The notes beneath the pieces were generated by a model. That model had not been told where the DNA came from. It searched no databases and worked only from the letters and a program-made list of their open reading frames with translations. A stretch of DNA of 13,848 bases from Candidatus Hadarchaeota archaeon. Its GTDB lineage: Archaea; Hadarchaeota; Hadarchaeia; Hadarchaeales; Hadarchaeaceae. Position numbers and translations under genes: made by a program. This document shows positions 7,023-13,848 of the stretch, piece after piece. Each line of letters opens with the position of its first letter. Within the stretch, counting starts at the first letter, position 1. The stretch spans positions 1 through 13,848 of the forward strand of contig JBFMBF010000029.1 of the NCBI GenBank assembly GCA_040755315.1. Reading direction: 5' to 3'.

Positions 7023-9236
7023 ATGAACTTCATGTGCCCGCAAGAGGTTGAAGTGAAGGAGTCCGGCCCGCTGAGGGTCATGCATTTTTTTCCACAGGAG
7101 GCGGCATGCACCCTTTCTGACAAGGGATGCCGCGCCAGAGTGATTGAGGCGCTCAAGACCGAGGGGGAGGTGGGCCAGGTGGTGATGGTCTCCCCAATGA
7201 CAAAGGTTTACAGCTCCCCCGATTTGTCCCGCTTGGCGAGGAGCATAGCGACATCCCAGCAGCTAGCTCTCGACAAGACACTTTACGGGGGCGAGGATGA
7301 GAAAGGATGCAAAAAGTGCGTTGAGACGCGCATGTCCCTCCTCCTGAAAACCATGGACAACATCACGACCAACCCCCACGAAGTAAAGTCCCTTGAAGAG
7401 GTAGTTCCGAAGGCCAAGCTTGAAAAAGAATGTAAAGCCTGCACTGAGAAAAACTTTGTAGAGCTTGTCGGTTCCATCAAAGACATGTTGACGACAATTC
7501 CGGCTGTGAAAAAACTCACGGCCGATAACTACGACGAGGTGTTCCTGGCCAGAGAAAAGCCGTTCTTCATAGAGGGAGTCTGGCAACCGCCTCCCGCAGG
7601 AGCCCGCATGATTGACTCATACAAACTGGCCAACGACCGCGGCGAAGTCAAGATATACGAGAGGAAGGAGAACCCGGTACCGTTCTACGAGCTTGTCCTG
7701 CCGGAGTTCAAGATGCCCCTGAAGCAACTCGAGATACTTGACGCGGCGTTCAGGTTCAAGCTTGAGGGCGCGCCAGGCCACGCTAGGTTCGCCTATTCCG
7801 AGCGAATGGTGTCCTTCGCCGAGGAGTGGTACAATGTGCTGCTTCACATGCTCAAAGGTGAAGAGAAAGTTTCCACGGTGGAAATTCGCAGGCTGTCGGA
7901 ACTGATGGCGAGGTGGCTTACCTACCGTCTGCTGGAGCCGTTCAGCCACGACGACTACATCACCGACATTTACATCCCGGCGCCGCCTGAAATACAGCCG
8001 GTGACAGTGGAGCACGAGCGATGGGGGAAGCTTGAGACTGGAATTTACTGGACGACTCCATCCCTGCTGGGCCTTGGGGAAACCCTCGCCTCACGTCTCG
8101 GGACGTCTTTCGACGAGGTTCGGCCGCAACTGGACGCGGAGATACCGGAGCTCGGGATGCGTCTTTTCCTCAGCAGGTACCCGGCAATATGGGCGAGGAG
8201 CGTGGAGGTCGCCGTGAGGAAGCGCCGCTCGAAGCCGTGGACCCAGCCGCTTTTCCTCTCGCGTGGTACCCTCACCCCTCTCGCAAGCTCACTCCTTGGG
8301 AACCTGCTCCGCTTGGGTGCCAGCGCTTTCGTGATAGGCGAGATGGGATCCGCCAAAACATCGCAGGTCGAGACTTACATTCCCGAGATTGGCCAGCAGA
8401 ACAGAATCGTGGCATTCCAGGACACGGAGGAGCTCCACACCGAAGATTTTGTCGCACATGGGTACAAGGTTGCGAACGTTCGCGTTTCGGACCCGGAGCA
8501 CCTTGGCAAGCAGGTGAATGCCTTTCTGAGGGGCGGGGCCAGCTACTGGCTGATTACAGAGGTCAGAGCGGCCGAGGCAGTAAGGGCGGCGCTCGGGGCC
8601 GCAGCCAGGCAGGGCTCACAGCCTGTCGTGGCGAGCTTCCACGCTAGGAGCAAGAAGGAGATGTTTGACCTGGTCGTCCACATAATGGGGCTCCACGAGG
8701 CGGCCTTCAAGTATGTTGATCTGGTCGTGAGCACAGGCCGCTTCACCACCAAGTCGGGCGCGGTAAGGAGAATAGTGGAGGTGGCGGAGGTCCTGAAGGA
8801 CTGGAAGGAGGAGCCCGAGTACACAGAGCTTTTTGTGGACGACAGGGCCCACGACCTCTTGCAGCCGAAGAACTTCCTCAAGGGCGGCAGCCGGCTTCTG
8901 AAGCGCCTGAACTCCGCCGACCTCTCCAAGCTTGACGTGATGAAGGTCGCCCGGTCTGTGGACTTTCTCCCGGCCGAGAAGGGCGGCAGCCAGCTGATAC
9001 CTGCCCTGTGCAGGAGGCTGGGGGTCAGCGAGGACGACTTCCTGAAGGGGATTCTGGTGGAGGCCCGCATCAAGTCCGACCTTTTGATGATGGCGAGGAA
9101 GACCGGCAAGCCGAGCTACCTAGAGCTTCCTTTCGTCAGCAGGGCATACGGCGTCTACTTTTCTTCCCTCAAGAGGAACGCGCCAGATTACAAGAGGGTT
9201 CTGGAGGACTGGCGGGCTTGGCTGAAAAAACCCTGA
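7023..9236 (+). CDS. Type II/IV secretion / type IV pilus ATPase (VirB11/CpaF/FlaI family) with a Cys-rich N-terminal extension and degenerate motifs
   Basis: 737 aa. LLEPFSHDDYITDIYI, LASRLGTSFDEVRPQLDAEI, VAVRK, GTLT, Walker A-like GEMGSAKTS (8337-8363), Asp box FQDTEEL, Walker B-like WLITEVR, His box ASFHA, RRIVEVAEV. Followed directly by a platform membrane protein and pilins. The start may be ATG 7023 or 7032. Confidence 0.88.
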   Translation: MNFMCPQEVEVKESGPLRVMHFFPQEAACTLSDKGCRARVIEALKTEGEVGQVVMVSPMTKVYSSPDLSRLARSIATSQQLALDKTLYGGEDEKGCKKCVETRMSLLLKTMDNITTNPHEVKSLEEVVPKAKLEKECKACTEKNFVELVGSIKDMLTTIPAVKKLTADNYDEVFLAREKPFFIEGVWQPPPAGARMIDSYKLANDRGEVKIYERKENPVPFYELVLPEFKMPLKQLEILDAAFRFKLEGAPGHARFAYSERMVSFAEEWYNVLLHMLKGEEKVSTVEIRRLSELMARWLTYRLLEPFSHDDYITDIYIPAPPEIQPVTVEHERWGKLETGIYWTTPSLLGLGETLASRLGTSFDEVRPQLDAEIPELGMRLFLSRYPAIWARSVEVAVRKRRSKPWTQPLFLSRGTLTPLASSLLGNLLRLGASAFVIGEMGSAKTSQVETYIPEIGQQNRIVAFQDTEELHTEDFVAHGYKVANVRVSDPEHLGKQVNAFLRGGASYWLITEVRAAEAVRAALGAAARQGSQPVVASFHARSKKEMFDLVVHIMGLHEAAFKYVDLVVSTGRFTTKSGAVRRIVEVAEVLKDWKEEPEYTELFVDDRAHDLLQPKNFLKGGSRLLKRLNSADLSKLDVMKVARSVDFLPAEKGGSQLIPALCRRLGVSEDDFLKGILVEARIKSDLLMMARKTGKPSYLELPFVSRAYGVYFSSLKRNAPDYKRVLEDWRAWLKKP

Positions 9237-11185
9237 AGAAGCTGCCGAAGGAGTTCCCCGTCCCCAGCGACGTGAAGCTAGCTCTGGAAAAAATATCCGG
9301 TCCACTGGAAAAGGGATTTTACGAGAAGTTCTGCGGGCTGGCGGGCCGGGTGTTCGGTGGCCTCGTCGGGGAGCCCAAGATAAGCGACCAGACCGTCCGT
9401 GCCATGAAGGAGGCCGGGATCAGGGTCACCCCAAAGGAATGGACGTCGGGAATGTTTTTTTCCGTCTTGGTTCCAGCGCTGCCGCTTCTTCTCATCTGGC
9501 TCGTTTTGACATTATTAGGTGGAGACATCTTTGGCCTGCTCTATCTGCCCCTTCTGGCCCTGTTGGTGGGCGGGCTCGGCATGATGCTTTTCCAGTCATA
9601 CCCATCCTCCCGCGCTGCTTCCCTGAAGAGCGAGGCCCAGGGCAAGGCCATAAACACAATAATGCTGCTGAGTTTCTCGCTCCACCACCGTCCGGACATC
9701 AGGGGCGCCACAGTTTACGCGGCTGATACGAGCGAGGGTAAGCTGGCGGAGGACCTGCAGAAGGGCCTGCTTGAGATGGACGAGCGCAGGAAGTACGAGA
9801 CGGTCAGGCACCTGCTCACGGCGGTGGCCAACGAGTGGGGGAGGCTTGACGAGAGCACCCGCCAGGCCATCTTTGACATCCTCCGGTCGACCGGCACAAA
9901 GGAGGAGGCTGCCAGGATAGCGGATGTTTCTAAGGCTCCGGCGAGAGTCCTGGAAGGCGCCGAGGAGCAGCTGACGCGTAGGCTCAACAGCCTTGTCATG
10001 CCCACGCTGGCCTTCCTGACGTTCGGCTCGCTCGCCATAATAGGCACTGTGGGCCTCTCCCCCGTTTTCACCATAATCGGGATGCAGCTGGTAGATATCA
10101 AGTTCTTCATCGGGATGTCGGCCGCCCTCATCATGGCGTTTTTCCTTTTCACCCTTTACATGGGTGGGCGCCGCCCGGTCACAATCCAGCCGCCTGCAAT
10201 CCCCGATGACGATCCCAGGCTCCCTCCAAAAGGGAAGGTCTCGGTGTTTGGGAAACTCCTGCCGAGCTGGCTCCCGCCCGTTCTCGTCTTCTCGGCGCTC
10301 GTATGGCCGGGCATTCTCCATCTCCTCGGGGTGACGTCTGGAGTGCTTGGGATTATTGCCATGAGCCTGTCCACATTCTGGTTGGTGTGGGCGGCAGCAG
10401 CAGCGATAGCGGTTCACGCCTACCTGGCTTCTTCAAGCCGAGCCAAGATAAGGGACGAGGAGCGCCGGAAGCTGTCTGACTGGGGCAATGCATTGAATAC
10501 CATGGGCTCCCGCATGCTCGACGGGAAGCCAGCCGCCCAGGCGATGGCTGAGGCCTCGGAAATGATGGAAGGCTCCCCCCTGGCTGGTGAACTCAAAGAA
10601 GCGTCAGTGAAAATGGAGCGCTTGGGCATTGGACTTCACGAGGCGATTTTCAGCGGTGGGAGGCGCCACAACCCCCTAATAGAAAGCTTCCTAAAAATAA
10701 TCTCACGCGTCAGGAGCGGGAGCGAGGCGGCAGCCGGCCGGGCCTGCATGATGGCTGCCGAGCTCCTCGGCACACTCCACAGGGTAGAGCGCAGGTTCAG
10801 GGAGAGAATAGACGAGGCTATGGGGAACCTCTGGCTTGTGGCTGTGGTTTTGATCCCGGTTGTGTGTGCGATGTCGGTCTGGGTGATGGATTTCATGTCA
10901 GGGATGAGGTTCACGATAGCAGCAAAGACCGCTGTCGCCGGTGTGACTGGAATCCCATTTTTACTCGGGGTGATGGGGGCGGGCGAACTCGCAGTCTTAC
11001 GGTTGGTTATGGGCGTCACGGCCATGCTTTTGTCGATAATAATCGCAAGGTACATCGCGAGCATCAAAGCGTCGAGGGACAGGGTCGAGCTCTGGTCGGC
11101 CGTTATGAAGTCCACCCTGGTTTCGACAGCTATATTTACCGCCACGAGCTTTCTACTAGGGATGGTGACGGTAGGAGGCGTATGA
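9218..11185 (+). CDS. Polytopic pilus platform protein, TadB/TadC (FlaJ/GspF)-like with two cytoplasmic domains
   Basis: Probable TTG start at 9218 after GGAGG (9203-9207), 655 aa, overlapping the ATPase stop. MKEAGIRVTPKEW followed by two TMs is typical of TadC/FlaJ. Two soluble domains (GKLAEDLQK...; LNTMGSRMLDGKPAAQAM...SPLAGELKEA) are each followed by TM clusters. Confidence 0.85.
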   Translation: MAEKTLKKLPKEFPVPSDVKLALEKISGPLEKGFYEKFCGLAGRVFGGLVGEPKISDQTVRAMKEAGIRVTPKEWTSGMFFSVLVPALPLLLIWLVLTLLGGDIFGLLYLPLLALLVGGLGMMLFQSYPSSRAASLKSEAQGKAINTIMLLSFSLHHRPDIRGATVYAADTSEGKLAEDLQKGLLEMDERRKYETVRHLLTAVANEWGRLDESTRQAIFDILRSTGTKEEAARIADVSKAPARVLEGAEEQLTRRLNSLVMPTLAFLTFGSLAIIGTVGLSPVFTIIGMQLVDIKFFIGMSAALIMAFFLFTLYMGGRRPVTIQPPAIPDDDPRLPPKGKVSVFGKLLPSWLPPVLVFSALVWPGILHLLGVTSGVLGIIAMSLSTFWLVWAAAAAIAVHAYLASSSRAKIRDEERRKLSDWGNALNTMGSRMLDGKPAAQAMAEASEMMEGSPLAGELKEASVKMERLGIGLHEAIFSGGRRHNPLIESFLKIISRVRSGSEAAAGRACMMAAELLGTLHRVERRFRERIDEAMGNLWLVAVVLIPVVCAMSVWVMDFMSGMRFTIAAKTAVAGVTGIPFLLGVMGAGELAVLRLVMGVTAMLLSIIIARYIASIKASRDRVELWSAVMKSTLVSTAIFTATSFLLGMVTVGGV

Positions 11186-11634
11186 CGATGTTGGATCAGA
11201 AAGGTGTCGAGCCGCTTGCGATGAAGATCTTCGCAGGGATAGTGCTGCTCGTGATAGGTATAGGTGTCGGTTACGGAGTTTACACCTGGGCTGGGAAAGG
11301 CACCACCTCATTGCTGTCGTTCAATGTTTACCTGGATGGTCAAAGCACGCTCAACATCACTCTGGGGCGGCCCGTGAGCGGTGAAAACACTAGGACCGTA
11401 ACAGTTACAGTTGAAAGCATAGGTGGCCACGACAAAAATGTTTCCCTCAGTTATACCGGGGCACCTTCAGGGGTCAGCGTCAGCTTTTCTACAAGCAGCG
11501 ACAAACCAAACTTTGGTTCTACAATGACGGTAAGGGTGGACAACACTGCGGGCTTGGGGACATCCACTATCACCATCCGTGGCGCAAGCACTGACGCGGA
11601 GAAGACTGCACTCCTGAACCTAACCATAGTTTAG
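11182..11634 (+). CDS. Type IV pilin-like protein with class III signal peptide and Ig-like C-terminal domain
   Basis: Starts at ATG 11182 (ATGA overlap) or ATG 11188, with GGAGG at 11174-11178. MLDQKG|VEPLAMKIFAGIVLLVIGIGVGYGVY is a short charged leader, a KG cleavage site and a hydrophobic helix. The rest is a Ser/Thr-rich beta domain. Confidence 0.8.
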   Translation: MTMLDQKGVEPLAMKIFAGIVLLVIGIGVGYGVYTWAGKGTTSLLSFNVYLDGQSTLNITLGRPVSGENTRTVTVTVESIGGHDKNVSLSYTGAPSGVSVSFSTSSDKPNFGSTMTVRVDNTAGLGTSTITIRGASTDAEKTALLNLTIV

Positions 11635-11639
11635 ATAAC

Positions 11640-12005
11640 ATGCCAGCCTTGCGTACTCTCGGCCTTGTGATTATGGCTTCTTTCGTGGTCTCAATCGGAG
11701 CCATAGGCTACGGGGTCTTCCAGGAGGTCATGAGGGACAGGGCGGCCACCGAAGCGGCCCTCAAGGTCGCGGCTGAGTCGGAGTTCGTCGCGATATCAGG
11801 CGGGGCAAGGCTTGTCGAGATAAATATCCCGGGCGGGTATCAGATGAGTTTTCTGGACAACAAAATTTTTGTAGACAACCACGGCGTTCAGGCCAACCTG
11901 CTCGGGCTGAAGTTCTCCGAGAACTCGCCACAGCTGGCTTCAGGTGCACACACCCTTTCAATAACAGTGCAAGACAATAAGGTGGTGGTCTCACGGATCT
12001 CGTGA
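11640..12005 (+). CDS. Pilus-associated small protein with N-terminal TM helix (minor pilin-like)
   Basis: 121 aa. LGLVIMASFVVSIGAIGYGVF, then an amphipathic helix and a beta-rich C-terminus. Lies in the pilus operon; no obvious cleavable leader. Confidence 0.7.
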   Translation: MPALRTLGLVIMASFVVSIGAIGYGVFQEVMRDRAATEAALKVAAESEFVAISGGARLVEINIPGGYQMSFLDNKIFVDNHGVQANLLGLKFSENSPQLASGAHTLSITVQDNKVVVSRIS

Positions 12006-12424
12006 GAATATTCAAGGCGGTGCTTTCAGCTCTCCTTGTTATAACATTCATAGCTCTTTTGGCCTCCGCTTACACTCAGTACAAGACAAACTTGGCCGTG
12101 GCCGGACTCGTCGACGCTTCGTCAAGCATCGCCAACCACCTGGTTCTGGAGACTTTGGCCTACCAACAGGGATCCAGCGTCAAGGAGTATGTGGTGGACG
12201 CCAGCAAGCTCCAGTCGGTTGGGTTCACGCAGGAGATTGGTGGAGAAAACTTCGAGTTCCAGATAACTCTCAATTATATGGCCGGGGTCGAGCGCACTCT
12301 CGGGCCGTACGGTTCAGCGCCGCCAGCCCAAAAGGCCGTTTCGACAATTTCCATTCCGGTTTCTGTTTTTGATAACTACCGCTTTGAGGCGGGGAAGATG
12401 GAGTTGAAAGTATGGCGGATTTGA
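12002..12424 (+). CDS. Pilus-associated small protein with N-terminal TM helix (minor pilin-like)
   Basis: 140 aa with a GTGA start/stop overlap. AVLSALLVITFIALLASAY helix; ends in the beta strand GKMELKVWRI typical of archaeal minor pilin-like proteins. Confidence 0.7.
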   Translation: MRIFKAVLSALLVITFIALLASAYTQYKTNLAVAGLVDASSSIANHLVLETLAYQQGSSVKEYVVDASKLQSVGFTQEIGGENFEFQITLNYMAGVERTLGPYGSAPPAQKAVSTISIPVSVFDNYRFEAGKMELKVWRI

Positions 12425-12900
12425 GGCAGGACAAGAAGGGAGTAAGCGACATCCTGGCGATTGCCTTCATGCTACTAATCATGGTGTTTGCGGGGACGCT
12501 TCTTCATGCCTACAGGCTTGATGCCGTGGTGTCGGCGGCCGACCGCCAGCTCCAGCTAAAGGCGGAGTATCTTTACAGAACCCTGGAGCTGGGGCAGGTC
12601 GAGAACTACTCTCTCACATATTTCGGCGCCGTGGCGGAGAACATGCTCGGCCTCGGGGAGACTGTGGTGCCGGAGAACTACCTGGGGGAGAGGATCGACA
12701 ATCTTCTTGCTTATCTGACTCCCCAGAACCACAGCGCCATGGTGCAACTGACGAAAGACAATTTATCATGGACTCGGTCATATCCCGGCCAGCCCAGGGC
12801 CACTCAGTTCACCTTCTCAGGGACTGTCACGATAATAGTCGCGGAAGCAGGAGAGAACAGGGTTGCCCAGGTAGACGCCAGGGTGGTCATAGGCAGGTGA
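12412..12900 (+). CDS. Archaeal type IV pilin-like protein with class III signal peptide
   Basis: 162 aa. MADLRQDKKG|VSDILAIAFMLLIMVFAGTLL matches the archaeal [KR][GA]|[VIL]S prepilin pattern. Confidence 0.8.
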   Translation: MADLRQDKKGVSDILAIAFMLLIMVFAGTLLHAYRLDAVVSAADRQLQLKAEYLYRTLELGQVENYSLTYFGAVAENMLGLGETVVPENYLGERIDNLLAYLTPQNHSAMVQLTKDNLSWTRSYPGQPRATQFTFSGTVTIIVAEAGENRVAQVDARVVIGR

Positions 12901-12904
12901 TGGA

Positions 12905-13588
12905 TTGAGAGCAGACGAGGGGGGAGCGGCCGCGACTCTTGCTGTCTTCACAGTATTCGTGTTTCTCACGTCGATAGTGGCGCTCAACACTTTTGAGGAG
13001 GGCTACCAGAGGCAGCTGTCCAGCTTCCATCAGGCCGTGGCGATAGATACCACTAAGGCCACGGCCGCCAGCGTGGAGACCGAGGCGAACGAGGCCCTCA
13101 CGACTGCGATATCGGCCGCGATGTACGAGGCGGGCAGGAGGGGCGAGACAAAGACGGGCGTGGAGTCGCGCGTCAGAAGCTATTTCAACGAGAGGATATC
13201 CGCGGGCTGGAGCTATTCAAACTTCAAGGAGATCAAGGTCCCCTTGAGCGCGGAAAACACCCTTTTGCTGAGCTGGCTGCCTGACGGTGGGCTTCAGGCG
13301 CGGGGCTACCTTGACGCCAGCCTCGAGCATCTGAGCGGGACGAAGGCTTTTGGGATCAAGCTTGAGGCGGGGGTGGTGCCGCGCTATGGGCGGCTGTACA
13401 AGGTTGCCCACCAGGTTTACCAGGAAGCCCAGGGAGTGGCTGATCCGGATGCCTTCGAGGCGGAGTTGAACGACAACTACGCCAGCGAGTTCATGAGGTT
13501 CGATCTGGAGCAGTTGGATGGAAAGGTCGGCGTGACGATCTATGACGAGTATGGTGGAAGGGCGATAGCTCAGGAAAACATGGCCTGA
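12905..13588 (+). CDS. Pilin-like (TadE/TadG-style leader) membrane-anchored protein, last gene of the pilus operon
   Basis: 227 aa with a TTG start after GGTGA (12896-12900). MRADEGG|AAATLAVFTVFVFLTSIVAL resembles DExG-type prepilin leaders; a long alpha-helix follows. Confidence 0.7.
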   Translation: MRADEGGAAATLAVFTVFVFLTSIVALNTFEEGYQRQLSSFHQAVAIDTTKATAASVETEANEALTTAISAAMYEAGRRGETKTGVESRVRSYFNERISAGWSYSNFKEIKVPLSAENTLLLSWLPDGGLQARGYLDASLEHLSGTKAFGIKLEAGVVPRYGRLYKVAHQVYQEAQGVADPDAFEAELNDNYASEFMRFDLEQLDGKVGVTIYDEYGGRAIAQENMA

Positions 13589-13653
13589 ACGGGATTTCCG
13601 AGTGGAGGCGGCATCGACGAGTCCGACCTCTGCCTGAGTGAAATAAAAAATTA

Positions 13654-13669
13654 GGTTCTGTTAATTTAA
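13654..13669. repeat. Putative terminal inverted repeat (IRR) of the IS6-family element
   Basis: GGTTCTGTTAATTTAA begins like IS6-family IRs (IS257/IS431 GGTTCTGTTGCAAA, IS26 GGCACTGTTGCAAA). The partner repeat is outside the window. Confidence 0.65.
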
Positions 13670-13740
13670 CTATACTACCATCGTTTGCTCGCTATTGACC
13701 ACAAAGCTGAATATCAGTTTCCAACACAAAAACAAATTTT

Positions 13741-13848
13741 TTACGGGAAGGCCTTGTACCAGAACTCAACGCCAACATGTCTCGCGTTGTGGGCGGCCGC
13801 CCAAGCCTCAAACGATCGCTGGGCGCTTTTGAGGGACTTGAATCCTCG
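13741..13848 (-). CDS. C-terminus of an IS6-family (IS240-like) DDE transposase, partial
   Basis: The - strand from 13848 reads RGFKSLKSAQRSFEAWAAAHNARHVGVEFWYKAFP-stop (TAA at 13743-13741). GFKSxxSAQR...xN is the characteristic segment after the last DDE residue in IS6-type transposases. Confidence 0.78.
   Translation of the reverse strand, partial: RGFKSLKSAQRSFEAWAAAHNARHVGVEFWYKAFP

Larger units (their letters stand above)
13654..13848 (-). mobile_element. One end of an IS6-family insertion sequence (continues beyond the window)
   Basis: An IS6-like terminal sequence GGTTCTGTT at 13654, plus an IS6-type transposase C-terminus on the - strand pointing toward it. The DNA is locally AT-rich. 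Confidence 0.75.

Noticed and set aside
9008..9217. N-terminal extension of the 725-aa ORF
   Set aside because: It overlaps the ATPase in another frame and reads as shadow sequence. TTG 9218 with a GGAGG RBS is the better start.
10864..11181. N-terminal extension of the 256-aa ORF
   Set aside because: It overlaps the platform gene. The class III leader and RBS place the start at 11182/11188.
7023..13588. Interpretation as an archaellum or a conjugative type IV secretion system
   Set aside because: No archaellin, FlaH/F/G, VirB4, VirD4 or relaxase is present. The TadC-like platform plus class III pilins indicate a T4P-type system.
13767..13840. 14-bp perfect palindrome TGGGCGGCCGCCCA (13790-13803) and neighbouring hairpins suggesting a structured RNA
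   Set aside because: These lie inside the transposase coding frame (WAAAH). Short GC-rich stems are expected by chance and there is no independent support.
13820..13848. tRNA-like 3' end on the - strand (GAGGA-TTCAAGT-CCCTC-AAAAGCG-C-CCA)
   Set aside because: The T-stem has a mismatch at the invariant G-C pair and the acceptor strand is implausible. The same bases encode the RGFKSLKSAQ transposase motif.
13777..13848. Open + strand frame MSRVVGGRPSLKRS...
   Set aside because: It is the antisense shadow of the transposase fragment and has no recognisable motif.
1..13848. CRISPR arrays, rRNA, tandem repeats, inteins
   Set aside because: No regularly spaced repeats or RNA-gene signatures were seen by eye. 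The window is almost fully coding, and no intein-like insertion or splice-junction motif was noticed.

Overview
Archaeal-type genomic window. The evidence is BRE/TATA-like promoters, GGTGA/GGAGG ribosome-binding sites and class III signal peptides; the lineage cannot be fixed from sequence alone, though it recalls uncultured Hadarchaeia-like genomes. The window has two functional blocks and two edge fragments. (1) 90-6409 is a metabolic cluster. A YahE/YlbF-like DUF2877 gene and an AMP-forming acyl-CoA synthetase with an altered acyl pocket (+ strand) face a translationally coupled FdrA/YahF-like and YahG/YlbE-like (DUF1116) pair (- strand), with a small membrane protein between them. These are all three families of the E. 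coli AllFGH/YahEFG module, but no carbamate kinase is in the window. (2) 6468-13588 is an archaeal type IV pilus/Tad-like locus: a membrane-anchored Ig-like protein, a Cys-rich VirB11/CpaF/FlaI-family ATPase with several degenerate catalytic motifs, a TadB/TadC (FlaJ)-like platform protein, and five N-terminally anchored pilin-like proteins. The two blocks diverge from a 58-bp spacer with one central TATA box. Missing from the ORF track are the 3' end of a probable clan-A glycoside-hydrolase-like gene (1-67) and one end of an IS6-family element (terminal inverted repeat at 13654, transposase C-terminus at 13741-13848 on the - strand). Family consensus motifs are quoted from memory and need alignment to confirm.
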